A DNA stretch of 64,000 bases from a virus. The stretch covers positions 1 through 64,000 of IMG/VR virus record IMGVR_UViG_3300029891_000001; one strand, 5' to 3'. Shown here one piece after another: positions 1 to 10,057 of this stretch. Under the pieces are notes generated by a model. It was not told the DNA's origin, searched no databases, and saw nothing but the letters and a program-made list of their open reading frames with translations. The number at the start of each line of letters is the position of its first letter. Positions within the stretch are counted from its first letter, which is position 1. Made by a program: the position numbers and the translations under genes.

Positions 1-199
1 TTGCTATGGACGACCATAGAATAGTAGATGTTTGCAAGTATTCGACAGAAATTCGTTGGTATCTGCTTAAGTCATATGGCAGTAAATTGTTGAGGCTGAG
101 AGATATGATGCCAAAGTTTATTATTTTTGATCGGGAGTGACTATACTTTCATAACCATTTTATCTATAAGTCTACTTTTATTCTGTAAGACATTAATCC

Positions 200-640
200 G
201 ATTTATCTACTTTCATATCTGTCGTTTTCGACTCTGTCGTTTTCGACTCTGTCGTTTTCGACTCTGTCGTTTTCGACTCTGTCGTTTTCGACAGCAATTC
301 GATTTATCTACTTTTCTCCTGAAAGGGATATGTTCTATTATATATAGAGAATAAACATCTCCTCAAATGCCTTATACCTGGAATTTCAACAGTTTCATAG
401 ATGTTTTATCGATAAGCCTATATTTTCCTGAGACAGAAAGCACTGCAAGACCTATGTTATATTCTCTTTATAGAATAACCCCATCCGCATGCGCCTTATG
501 CCGCGATTTTCATAGGCTTTTTATCTGTTTATCTACTTTTATTTCGTCCTTAAAGAGCTGCAAGACCTGTGTTGTTCTATTAATAGAGAATATGCCCATC
601 CTCAAACATTATTTGCCGCGAAATTATAGGTATTCGTAAT
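200..640. repeat. Degenerate direct repeats with ~115-bp period
   Basis: CTGCAAGACCT at 443 and 558; TGCCGCGA at 499 and 614; TTTATCTACTTT at 202, 303 and 528; ATAGAGAATA at 344 and 583. Confidence 0.75.
218..292. repeat. Five perfect tandem copies of 15-bp TCTGTCGTTTTCGAC
   Basis: Units at 218, 233, 248, 263 and 278; each contains the inverted repeat GTCG-TTTT-CGAC. Confidence 0.97.
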
Positions 641-672
641 GGCTATTTATCTTTTTCCTTAAATGTTATTAT

Positions 673-864
673 TTAATGACTTCCTAAATCAACAGTTCCA
701 TATTCCCGATAATGACCACAAAGCCAACAAGTGTAACATAAGGTTGCAATATTATTTCTAAAATTAGTTGTTCCTTGTATAATAAATTTCCTATTTCCAC
801 ATTTAGAACAAATATTCTCGTTACTCTTATTCGGCTTCTTTATCTCTTTTAAATTAATAATCAA
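673..864 (-). CDS. Small zinc-ribbon protein, MKIxL-type N-terminus (MIINL)
   Basis: CSKC...CWLC; TTG start overlaps the TGA of a 22-aa upstream ORF (929..861) that has an AAGGA RBS. Confidence 0.7.
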   Translation of the reverse strand: MIINLKEIKKPNKSNENICSKCGNRKFIIQGTTNFRNNIATLCYTCWLCGHYREYGTVDLGSH

Positions 865-978
865 AGATATTTACTTCGATAAGTCCATTTTCCAGAATTT
901 TCTACCTTGATATAATTATATTTTTTCATTTTATTTCCTTTCAATAAAGGTTTATGACTATATTTCTTATCACAATAT

Positions 979-1118
979 AGTATAACATATGAGATTTGGA
1001 ATGTCAAGAACTATTTTTGGAACTCTCGTGGTATTGCCGTTACGACTACCCTATTAGGTCACGTAAAATAGTTGCCAAAGATTATACTTGATTTTCCTGT
1101 TAATATTGTCGATATTAT
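979..1118. promoter_or_regulatory. Divergent promoter pair, copy 1
   Basis: Leftward TTGACA(1007-1002)-17-TATACT(984-979); rightward TTGATT(1088)...TGTCGATATTAT. Confidence 0.75.
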
Positions 1119-1149
1119 TATTAGATAAACAGAAAAGAAAGGGAAAATC

Positions 1150-1833
1150 ATGTTAGGATCTGATGCATTAAGGCTAATGAAACTGAATGTTACTGTGTAT
1201 TGTAACGCCTACAAAGACGGGGTACCTATTATTCTTTTCTTCAAAGTGAAAGGCAAAAAAATCTATTGGTCAGACGGAGAATATTCCTTTGACGCAAGTA
1301 AAGGGATAACCGAAAAAGAATTTCTTGCTAACCATAGTAATACTGTCTTTGACGTACCAGATGAAGAAGTAATTATTTAAGAAAGGGAAAAGAATGACTA
1401 AAAAGAAAAAATGCGAGGTCTTTATTCTTCCCGATTTGAGAGATAAGAAAAAGATCCAGTTAATTCAGAAGTGGTGTGAGTGTGAAAATTCAAAAGTCTT
1501 TCGACACCCACAAAGAGGTAAATGTCCGTGTGGGATAGATTACACCCATCGGCATTGTAAGTGTGGGGGAATCACAAAGATAGGTGATCAAACATACGGA
1601 CAAAAAATAGAAGAAACAAAGTGATCGTAAAGGAGAATAAAATGGCTCAAAAACCCTTTATAGTGAACGAAGATTTCGGTGAGATTGCTGTTATTGACAG
1701 TGACGGTTCATATTGTGAGATAAACACCGAAACTTGGGAAGACATAGAATATGCTTTAAAAGAAACAGGCAAACTCACAGAGTTATGTAAATGGTTGAAC
1801 AAGGCAATTCCCGACTATTATTACGACGGATAA
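1150..1833 (+). CDS. Three small hypothetical proteins (1150..1380, 1394..1624 Cys/His-rich, ~1621..1833)
   Basis: Consecutive ORFs with purine-rich RBSs downstream of a promoter. Confidence 0.65.
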
Positions 1834-2166
1834 AACAACAATAAACTAAAGACCTAGAAGCAAGAGTTAAGTAACAGTATCTTTTTTCCCTTCTTTGCCG
1901 TTACCCTCTTGCTTTCTTTTTGCTATTTTGCTTATGGATTACGAACATTTAGGTGGAAAAACATATAATAATGATTCTTGAATAACCCTATAGCTTTTTC
2001 GGTTCAAAGAATTAATGATTTTTTTTGTGGTAAGACGATCTTAGATACGGTTTTTTCCTTATAAACTCTATTTTTTTCCTGTTTTTTTTCAAAAAAAACT
2101 TGATTTTCTAAATGATTTTGTCGATATTATATACATGAGCGATAATTCAGAAGAAGGGAATTTATT

Positions 2167-2664
2167 ATGAATCCAGACTTTATTAATTTTTGTGAATTTT
2201 GCGAAAAAGAAATCGCAAAAGAAGACCAAGATTATTATGACCATTATGAGATGTGTCGTAACTGTTTCAAAGAAAGATGTTCCGAAACCTTTTTCTTTGA
2301 TTTTGGGTGTTTCCTGACTCTCTTTGAAAAGAAACAATCGAAACATCCGATAAGCAAGGGAATCCGAATAACTTTCTGCCGAGACGGGGATCTTCCGAGA
2401 CTTTATGTAGATAGTCATTATGTCAGCCTTGACAGACTAATTAAACAACAAGACGCAAAAGCAGACCAGGGATTTCTCTTTTCAAACATCCAAAACGTAT
2501 ATGAAAGACATTATCGATTCATCATCGAAGAATTAATCGGAAATTCCGTAAAAACTCTCAAAGAAAAATATGATTTAAATGAAGCCATAATCCCCGATTC
2601 ATTACTTGAAGATCACCTTAACGGGATTTATGAAGGGCTAAGAATGAAAGGAATCATACAATGA
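2167..2664 (+). CDS. Hypothetical protein with N-terminal CxxC...CxxC
   Basis: ORF with RBS, downstream of a TTGATT...TGTCGATATTAT promoter at ~2100-2130. Confidence 0.7.
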   Translation: MNPDFINFCEFCEKEIAKEDQDYYDHYEMCRNCFKERCSETFFFDFGCFLTLFEKKQSKHPISKGIRITFCRDGDLPRLYVDSHYVSLDRLIKQQDAKADQGFLFSNIQNVYERHYRFIIEELIGNSVKTLKEKYDLNEAIIPDSLLEDHLNGIYEGLRMKGIIQ

Positions 2665-2770
2665 TACTTTCTACCCCATTACCAGATATGATAGCGATTA
2701 TACTTATTATCGATATCTCTGCCATATTGATAATCATGCCTTTTATAAAAAATAGAAAAAGGAGTAAAAA

Positions 2771-2908
2771 ATGAACAAGTATGACCGTGAATATCTTTTC
2801 GGATGTTGCCTTTTGATAGGAGCCTTTATTGAATCAAATATCGTGCTTGGTGTTGTGGCAATTGTTATAATGACCGGAGCTAATTTGCTCTCATATAGAA
2901 ATAAATAA
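2771..2908 (+). CDS. Small membrane protein (45 aa)
   Basis: AAGGAG RBS; hydrophobic MNKYDREYLFGCCLLIGAF...VLGVVAIVIM. Confidence 0.55.
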   Translation: MNKYDREYLFGCCLLIGAFIESNIVLGVVAIVIMTGANLLSYRNK

Positions 2909-2927
2909 AGCCTATTCCCTTCTTTCC

Positions 2928-2956
2928 CCCCTCTACATTATGTGGCGGGGTTTTTT
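2928..2956 (+). terminator. Rho-independent terminator between convergent units
   Basis: GC-rich imperfect hairpin followed by a T run. Confidence 0.6.
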
Positions 2957-2978
2957 ATTGCCTTTACGAATACCTTTA

Positions 2979-3263
2979 TTATGGATACATTACTACTGGA
3001 AGAGGCAATGAGTTTTCTCTAATACCATTAACTCTATCTGGATTTTCCCGAACAAATATCCTATAACACATTATACAAATATGCATATTTCCAGTTAAGA
3101 CAGTTCCACTAAAACAAGGAGAATAAGAATGTTCTCCACACATCTGCTTACGACAAAAATCGCATTGATATAAATCAGGAGGATGACTACTATGTTTTTT
3201 TCCACAAATATAACAGACATCTTTAGGAATTTTTCGAGCAATATCCTTTAAATATATTTTCAT
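2979..3263 (-). CDS. Zinc-finger protein, MKIxL family (MKIYL)
   Basis: CYIC, CDFC, CGEH and CIMC motifs; AAGGA RBS. Confidence 0.8.
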   Translation of the reverse strand: MKIYLKDIARKIPKDVCYICGKKHSSHPPDLYQCDFCRKQMCGEHSYSPCFSGTVLTGNMHICIMCYRIFVRENPDRVNGIRENSLPLPVVMYP

Positions 3264-3296
3264 AATATTCCTTTACTTATTACGAAAAATTTAATA

Positions 3297-3731
3297 TTAA
3301 AAAGGCATTTCATCGTCATAGGTGTCTTCATCGTCATCGACGTTTTCGTCGTTATCTTCTGGATCAACTCCGTCAGTCCATTCCTCATCCGTTAACGCTA
3401 TTATTCCTGATTCTTCTAACGTATAATATCTATCCATATCTTGTTCTCCAATAACTTTTCCAGAACAATATCCCTTTTTAAGTTTTACATTAATTGTAGA
3501 AAGATTAGGAAATTTAGAAAATGTTTCAACAAGGATATCTTTTAATATAACCATTTCTTCATATTTATCATGGCAATGGCATAATACTTTTTTAGGTAAA
3601 ATCTTATTTTTATTTACTATAAATTCATCCTCAAATTCACTAAAAAATTTCATTCGACAATAAGGAACATGATTGATATACAAAGTAAATACTCCCTTAG
3701 GTTCTGATATTTTAGACAAATTAATTTTCAT
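3297..3731 (-). CDS. MKIxL-family protein (MKINL) with acidic SSB-like C-terminal tail
   Basis: Ends ...DDDEDTYDDEMPF. Confidence 0.8.
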   Translation of the reverse strand: MKINLSKISEPKGVFTLYINHVPYCRMKFFSEFEDEFIVNKNKILPKKVLCHCHDKYEEMVILKDILVETFSKFPNLSTINVKLKKGYCSGKVIGEQDMDRYYTLEESGIIALTDEEWTDGVDPEDNDENVDDDEDTYDDEMPF

Positions 3732-3794
3732 ATCTCATTATTTCCATAATTTAATTCCATTATCTTTCTCCCTGTCTAATATTATTCATAATAC

Positions 3795-3925
3795 AAAATA
3801 ATATATAAGATTTGGAATGTCAATAACTATCTTAGGATAACTCCGTTACGACTACTCTCAAGGTTAATGCCTAAAATAGTTATTTTTTTTGCTTGATCTT
3901 CCTTGCATATATGTCGATATTATAT
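3795..3925. promoter_or_regulatory. Divergent promoter pair, copy 2
   Basis: Leftward TTGACA(3823-3818)-17-TATTTT; rightward TTGATC...TGTCGATATTAT; shares sequence blocks with 979-1118. Confidence 0.75.
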
Positions 3926-3961
3926 ATAGAAAAGAAGAAACGATAAAGAAAGGAATTAGAA

Positions 3962-4619
3962 ATGACTGATGGAGAAAAAATTTATTACAAAATTAGAAAA
4001 ATTGTTGAACAAAAATTAGGAAGAGACCTATCTATCGTAGAGGAAATTTATGTAAATTTCACTCCCAAGAGACAATACTGTGCCACAATGACTCCTCATA
4101 ATATTCTTTATATGTTGGAAACACTCTACTTGCATGGAAAAACAAAGATATGTCTCAAAGTAAAAAGAATAAATCCAATACCCATAATTTATTCTATGCG
4201 AAATATTTTGGGTAATTTTCATTTATTCTATATTCCAATAGATAAATTCATCCAAATAAAAGTAATCATAACGCTGGTTGAAGATTAAAATGTACCTTAA
4301 TATAACAAAAGATCCAGATATAAGACGCAAGTTATTATGGAAGAAATATGCTTGCGTAAAAATAATGACAACCATGGAATTTCAACTATTAATAGGAACA
4401 TTCGACGCAAATTTGTTAATGGACTTAAATGATTTAACGAATGATGAAGTAGCTAGGATATTATCTATTCCTCAAAAAGAATTTTATAATAATGAGATAG
4501 AATGTTTCCACGACGAGATAAAAGATAAAACAACTAAACTTGGTTCCGATGCAGATATGAGGATGAAAATATATAATTTTCTAATAGGACTTAAAAGCAA
4601 ATATTATTCGGAAAATTAA
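3962..4619 (+). CDS. Two hypothetical proteins (3962..4288; 4278..4619 starting MKIKM)
   Basis: Overlapping, probably coupled ORFs after the promoter. Confidence 0.65.
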
Positions 4620-4694
4620 ATTGATAGATTATCTAATCATATCTTGCCGATATGAGAAAAGGCACAATATAAAGGTATTCGTAAAGGAGGAAAA

Positions 4695-4919
4695 ATGCTA
4701 TCTATCATTGAAACCTCAGAAAAATTTCCAGTAGTTGTTCAAAAGAACACTTATAAGGGAACTGAAAGAATTGATCTTAGGCACAATTTTTATGTCGATG
4801 GAAAACTTCAACCAACTCAAAAAGGGATTGTTCTTCCTGCTGACAATCCCAAGATAATAATCCAGCTTATTAAAGCGGTTATGAAAGAGTCAGGAATAAT
4901 AGTAAAGGATCTAAAATAA
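4695..4919 (+). CDS. PC4/p15-like ssDNA-binding protein
   Basis: TYKG..RIDLR....DG...PTQKGI signature; AAGGAGG RBS. Confidence 0.8.
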   Translation: MLSIIETSEKFPVVVQKNTYKGTERIDLRHNFYVDGKLQPTQKGIVLPADNPKIIIQLIKAVMKESGIIVKDLK

Positions 4920-4964
4920 TTTTATTCCTTCCCTCTCGAAAAAAGAGATGGGTAAAAGTGTTAA

Positions 4965-5228
4965 ATGAAACTGCATCTGAATAAATGGCAAGAAAATCGT
5001 TTCTTTGATGTTGAAGGTGGAATATCTTTTTTAAGAAATCACCTCGATGAACTTAAAAATTTTTCGTCTGAACCAATAATGTACAACGTATGTTTTTCAT
5101 ATTTACAAGAACAGAGAAAAATGGTATATAATTTTTATGTAAATTATCATGAATTAGACCGATTTTTTCATCCATATATCGAAACAGTATTAGATATAAC
5201 CGATTGTTATACTTTGGAAATAATATGA
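4965..5228 (+). CDS. MKIxL-type small protein (MKLHL)
   Basis: 87-aa ORF. Confidence 0.6.
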   Translation: MKLHLNKWQENRFFDVEGGISFLRNHLDELKNFSSEPIMYNVCFSYLQEQRKMVYNFYVNYHELDRFFHPYIETVLDITDCYTLEII

Positions 5229-5230
5229 AA

Positions 5231-5316
5231 GCCGGAGTGGTGGAAATGGTTTACACAACGGACTTAAAATCCGTCGAGAATAAAATCTCATATCGGTTCA
5301 AATCCGATCTCCGGCA
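5231..5316 (+). tRNA. tRNA-Leu, anticodon TAA
   Basis: GCCGGAG/CTCCGGC acceptor stem, ACGGA-CTTAAAA-TCCGT anticodon arm, long variable arm, GGTTCAAATCC T-arm; CCA not encoded. Confidence 0.93.
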
Positions 5317-5348
5317 CAATAACTGTAAAGAAGAAACAGAGGCGATGT

Positions 5349-5675
5349 ATGAGCGAATGGATTAAAAATATACTAATAATCTTTTTTATATTAGTTATAT
5401 TGTGGTTTGGGATTGAAATGTTGGGTCTTGGTTTTTTCAAATTTTTTGAACCTAAACGCGAAAACATAAGGATAGAAATTTTTGAAAATACTCAGTTTTA
5501 TGTTCATGGAAAAATACAGGATCTTTCCAGACTTTATCATCAGTATAACGAAGCCGATAGTATTTCAAGGGAGGTGTTAGAAAGTATAATAAGACAGCAG
5601 TTTGCCGAATTTGACAAGGAGAATATTAATTCTCTTGAATTGAAATCTTTCTTAACTAAAATAAGAGGTTATTAA
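5349..5675 (+). CDS. Membrane-anchored phage protein
   Basis: N-terminal transmembrane helix; GAGG RBS. Confidence 0.75.
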   Translation: MSEWIKNILIIFFILVILWFGIEMLGLGFFKFFEPKRENIRIEIFENTQFYVHGKIQDLSRLYHQYNEADSISREVLESIIRQQFAEFDKENINSLELKSFLTKIRGY

Positions 5676-5730
5676 GTAATATATTGTCCCCGAAGGTTAT
5701 TCGGGGCAAGGTACTCGTAAAGGAGTTAAA

Positions 5731-5829
5731 ATGTATTGTCTAAAATGCGGAATACAATTATATAGGATTGTTAAAAAAGATCCTAATCTGTGTTATGATT
5801 GTCATATGGTATCAAAAGAAATGTCCTAA
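5731..5829 (+). CDS. 32-aa zinc-finger microprotein
   Basis: MYCLKCG...CYDCH; AAGGAG RBS. Confidence 0.6.
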   Translation: MYCLKCGIQLYRIVKKDPNLCYDCHMVSKEMS

Positions 5830-5866
5830 GATAATTCTTGACATTTCAAAGGTTATATACTATACT
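5825..5866 (+). promoter_or_regulatory. sigma70-type promoter with upstream CCTAAGATAATTC box
   Basis: TTGACA(5838)-17-TATACT(5861). Confidence 0.8.
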
Positions 5867-5892
5867 ATATTAAATTAAATAAAGAGAAAATT

Positions 5893-6850
5893 GTGATCAA
5901 TAAAGAGATGAAAAAAAAGACTTCCGAATATCTTAAAAAGGGAAAATTTATTGCAAAAGAACTTAACCTTACTCTTTACGGTCTAATTCCAGGAATAACT
6001 TTATATAATAAAAAGAATTGTGATACAGTTCAAATCCCAGATTGGTTAGTTAATTCTTTATACGATTCTCTTAAAAAAATTGATACCATTAAAGCAGAGA
6101 ATAAAAAATTATTAAAGCATCTTGTTACTGTTAAAAATAGAGTTGGTTATATTCAGTACGAAAGACAAAAAGGAAGTTTAGAAAAAAGTCGTATCGATAA
6201 ATTAAGATGAAAATAAATATAGATAAATTTCCATCAATTGATAAAACCGTAGCGTTATTCCTCAATAAAAAAACGGTAAAATTTACAACATTTGAAGATA
6301 CATTATTATTTTTCAAAAAAACAGTAGAAATAAAACCTAATGTTAATTTTATGATAGAAATTAAATGTAACTATTATGGCGATTCAACTCCCTCATTTGG
6401 AACTTGGATATTAAATCGTTCAAAGATAAATAGGAAATTTTTCGAAGAAATACTTCAAAAGTATAAAAAGTTAACCACCAGAAAAATATCAAGTATAGAT
6501 ATTTCTTTAATCTCTTCTAAGAATACGATATGAGAATAAATTTAATATCATTACCGTCAAGAAATATAATAGAAGAAATGGTCGAAAGATTATTAAAAAG
6601 CACAAAAAAATGTTTTAAGTGTGAAAAGATTATCGGTAGTGATGGAATACATTTGAGGGAAATTTTAGATAGGTTACAAGACGAAGAAGGTTGGTTTGGT
6701 CACAATGAAATAACAGTAGAAGCGGCGATAAAAATATTCAGTATAGCTTTAAATAAAAACCATCATTGTTTTCTTAATTATTGTGGCTATCATGCTACTC
6801 CAAGATATCAATTAGCCTTCTTAAATGAATTATCTAAACATATAAAATAA
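5893..6850 (+). CDS. Three small proteins: 5893..6210, 6207..6533 (MKINI), 6530..6850 (MRINL, CxxC)
   Basis: ORFs coupled by ATGA overlaps. Confidence 0.7.
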
Positions 6851-6861
6851 AGGTAAAGAAA

Positions 6862-7401
6862 ATGGATAAAAAAGATTTTGATAATCAAATACCAGAACTT
6901 ACTAATTATCTGAGAAATAGAGTCTTTATGTTGTCACACGATAGAGAAAAAGCGAATGATTTAGTCCAAGATACCATTGTAAAAGCATACCGATATTTAG
7001 ACAACTTCGATGGAAGACATATAAGGGGATGGCTATATAATATAATGTACCGAATATTTTTAAATAAATTAGACCTCAAAGAAAATAGATTTAATTTTAT
7101 AAGTTTTGGAGAAACCATAAATGACGATAAAAGTTACCTTATCAATGATGTCTTATCTTCAAAAAATTCTCCAGAAAAAGCATTGGAAGATAAAATACTA
7201 AGAAATACATTAAAAGATGCCTTTAGAAAAGTACCAAGAAAATTTAGAAAAATAACTTATATGGCATTGGGAGAAGGATATAGTTACACAGAGTTAGCAA
7301 AAGTATTCGTAATTAAAGAAGGAACAGTAAAGTCGCGGATAAATAGAGGAAGAACTATCCTTAAAAAAGCATTGTTTCAAACATATAAGAAGTGTGCATA
7401 A
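6862..7401 (+). CDS. ECF-type RNA polymerase sigma factor
   Basis: Region 2 ANDLVQDT..KAYR...GWLYNIM; region 4 GYSYTELA...EGTVKSRINRGR. Confidence 0.92.
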   Translation: MDKKDFDNQIPELTNYLRNRVFMLSHDREKANDLVQDTIVKAYRYLDNFDGRHIRGWLYNIMYRIFLNKLDLKENRFNFISFGETINDDKSYLINDVLSSKNSPEKALEDKILRNTLKDAFRKVPRKFRKITYMALGEGYSYTELAKVFVIKEGTVKSRINRGRTILKKALFQTYKKCA

Positions 7402-7871
7402 TGAATATTTGTCCAGCAGATACTACGGCTCTTATTTATGAATTATCTCCACTAATTGTAAGACAAGAACCTACAGCCTCGATTACAATACTACTTTTTT
7501 ACCTACTAATCAGTGTTATAATAACTGTTATCTTTATTTGTATTCTATCAAATATGGATAAAATAATTGATACAGTATGCCAAATAATCAAGACAACTAC
7601 TTTAATCTTTTTGTATTTCTTATGGACGATAATTCACAGACAAGCCATAAAATTCAAAAAAGATTCTTTTTTGTATATTTTTAATTTTATGCTATATAAT
7701 TTATTGTGCAACCAATGTGAATGTTTTAGTTGCCTATACTCCAAGCATTTAAAAATACCGCTATTATATAAATGTTATAATAAAGAATCATATTTTTATG
7801 GCTATAAAAAGTCTTTTATAGGATATTGTCAACTTGTCGAGAAAGAACAATATGAAGATAAAGTTAGTTGA
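7392..7871 (+). CDS. Membrane protein with Cys-rich C-terminus
   Basis: Hydrophobic helices; start uncertain. Confidence 0.5.
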   Translation: MCIMNICPADTTALIYELSPLIVRQEPTASITILLFYLLISVIITVIFICILSNMDKIIDTVCQIIKTTTLIFLYFLWTIIHRQAIKFKKDSFLYIFNFMLYNLLCNQCECFSCLYSKHLKIPLLYKCYNKESYFYGYKKSFIGYCQLVEKEQYEDKVS

Positions 7872-8166
7872 TCCAAGAATAAAGATATTTTTAAATATCA
7901 AACAGCATTGTCATTGTTGTCGAAAAGAATTATATAACATTTTGGATATTTATTACTTTTATAAAATCTTGGATTTAAAAACATTAAAATATAAGAGATA
8001 TGCCTCAAAAGAAGAAATCAAAATATTCCTAAATTTTATAAATATGTTAAAGGAAAACTTGTCCGGGGATATTTTGAATGATAACACCGAGATTAATATA
8101 TGTTCTTCTTGTGCAACCGGAAATGTATTTAAAGACATTGTTAAAATAGCTAGGAGATTTGTATAA
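7852..8166 (+). CDS. Zinc-finger protein, MKIxL family (MKIKL)
   Basis: CHCC...ICSSC; ATG at 7852. Confidence 0.7.
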   Translation: MKIKLVDPRIKIFLNIKQHCHCCRKELYNILDIYYFYKILDLKTLKYKRYASKEEIKIFLNFINMLKENLSGDILNDNTEINICSSCATGNVFKDIVKIARRFV

Positions 8167-8169
8167 ATG

Positions 8170-8211
8170 CCTAAAATAGTTCTTGACATTCCATAAAAAT
8201 ATTGTTATTTT
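8170..8211 (+). promoter_or_regulatory. sigma70-type promoter with CCTAAAATAGTTC box
   Basis: TTGACA(8183)-17-TATTTT with extended -10 TG. Confidence 0.75.
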
Positions 8212-8229
8212 AAATAAAAAGAGAAAAAT

Positions 8230-8478
8230 ATGAATAACATATTTAATTACCGAATAACGTATTTCGATGAAATTGTGTTAGAGGGAGCTACTTCACAACC
8301 TTCACAAGAAGAAGCCTTATCTTATCTTAATAAGAAAGTTATAGATAAGGTCAAAAAATCAATGATACCTAATTTAAAGATTACTATTAATAATAGGAAT
8401 GAATTTATAAGAACAAAATTATTTGATAGACCTATAGCTAAAAAGTTACAAGGGAAAAATGAATTACCATGGAAATAA
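8230..8478 (+). CDS. Hypothetical protein
   Basis: ORF after the promoter. Confidence 0.6.
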   Translation: MNNIFNYRITYFDEIVLEGATSQPSQEEALSYLNKKVIDKVKKSMIPNLKITINNRNEFIRTKLFDRPIAKKLQGKNELPWK

Positions 8479-9245
8479 ATTTAAAAGCATTCAAACAATT
8501 CGATATAATTAGACAATGCGTAGTATGTAGAGAATATATTCGCAATTGTCAGAATAGAACTCCAGCAGGTAATTCAAAGATAGCTCAAGAATTGAATTTG
8601 CCAGAATTTTCGGAAAAATATATATATTGTTCGCCTATCTGTTTAGATTATGTTTATGAAAATCCAAAATCAGTATGGTATCTAAAAGTTCATAAAACAA
8701 CAGGATGGATAGATAAAAGTGAAGATTAAACTTAACGCATTACCTGTTTTTAATTTAGAAACACAATGTGTTATTTGTGGAGAAGAAATAGATAGAAGGC
8801 TTTATCATTATCCAATACAAGGATTACTTCACCGTTATTTTGATTTTAAGGGTAGAGGATATGGGTATTGTTCCGATGAATGTTTAAATATAATTAGAAA
8901 AACATCAAAAACTGTCGAAAATTTATCCAAACTTTTAAAAATAGAAGAAAGAAAATTAGGACTAAAAACATTTAGGACAACATGAAAATAATAACACAAC
9001 AATTTCCTGGAAAATTAGATACAGAAAACCATTGTATTATTTGCAAGAAAAAATGTATATCTCCATATGTTAGTTGCTCATTAAGTAAGGGAATATTACA
9101 CCAATATTTTTATACTGAAAAGAAATATATTTATTGCTCTAAGGAATGTTTATATCAGATAAAGAATACCAAAAGCTTTAAAGAAATTATGGAGTTAATA
9201 GATATAAAGGCTTTTAAATTAAAAATTAAGCCTCTTACAAAATAA
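8469..9245 (+). CDS. Three tandem TRASH/MYM-like zinc-finger proteins (8469..8729 MEINL, 8719..8985 MKIKL, 8982..9245 MKIIT)
   Basis: Each has CxxC...YCSxxC; the last two also share GxLHxYF. Confidence 0.75.
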
Positions 9246-9346
9246 TATTTATAAAGAATATATATATAAGGATAAAAGGAATAATTTATGACTAACCTAT
9301 TGAGACACAACAGAATTATAAAGTCCTCTTGTATTTATTATAATTT

Positions 9347-9388
9347 CCTAAGAAAGTTCTTGACAAATAACAGGTTATATATTATATT
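9347..9388 (+). promoter_or_regulatory. sigma70-type promoter with CCTAAGAAAGTTC box
   Basis: TTGACA(9360)-17-TATATT. Confidence 0.75.
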
Positions 9389-9449
9389 TGAGTTATGAAA
9401 AAGAGACAACAACAGAAGACAACCTCTATATGTTAAGCAAAGAGGACTT

Positions 9450-10057
9450 ATGAAAGTTGGTGAATATCCATCCGAGAATCTTGTGAATGTAGTTTTATTG
9501 TCTCCTGAAAATATTCAATACAATATATTGAAAATGGATATAAAAAAGGGAATCGTTTTGATGTGGAATATAAACTCGAATAAAATAGAAAAATTTTCTA
9601 TTTCCGAAGTTTATGATTTACCCGATTGGCAGATAGTTGAAAATATGGAAGACTTACAATGTTAAAAAGACCTAAGATAGAAGAAAATTTGGTAGTCGTA
9701 ATGGCTACTGACTTAGAAAAAGAATTAATAGAAATATACCGAAAAATCGAAAAATCTAAAATTGGTAATTTTATAAAAGAAATTTACCAAGTAAAAGATT
9801 ATTTGATAGACTGGCGTAGTGTTGAAGAAGCCGAAAATAAAATACCATACATATTTAGTAGTAATACAAAATTAGGAGAAAGAATTTGGTATTTGTCTAA
9901 TAACCAATCTTCTCACTATTATTATGGATTTTGGTTTGATTATAAAAAATCCAATACTAAAAACAGAAATTGCCGAGTTATGTGCAAATTGAGTAATGAA
10001 GCTATTAAGACTTTTAATGCGTATCAGAAAGAATTTTCCAATGAAAATAAACCTTAA
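9450..10057 (+). CDS. Two hypothetical proteins (9450..9665, 9659..10057)
   Basis: Overlapping ORFs; GAGG RBS. Confidence 0.65.

Noticed and set aside
218-292. Possible CRISPR array
   Set aside because: The repeats are 15 bp and contiguous, with no spacers.
127-354. ORF with RFRLC repeats
   Set aside because: It is only the translation of the 15-bp DNA tandem repeat; TTG start and no RBS.
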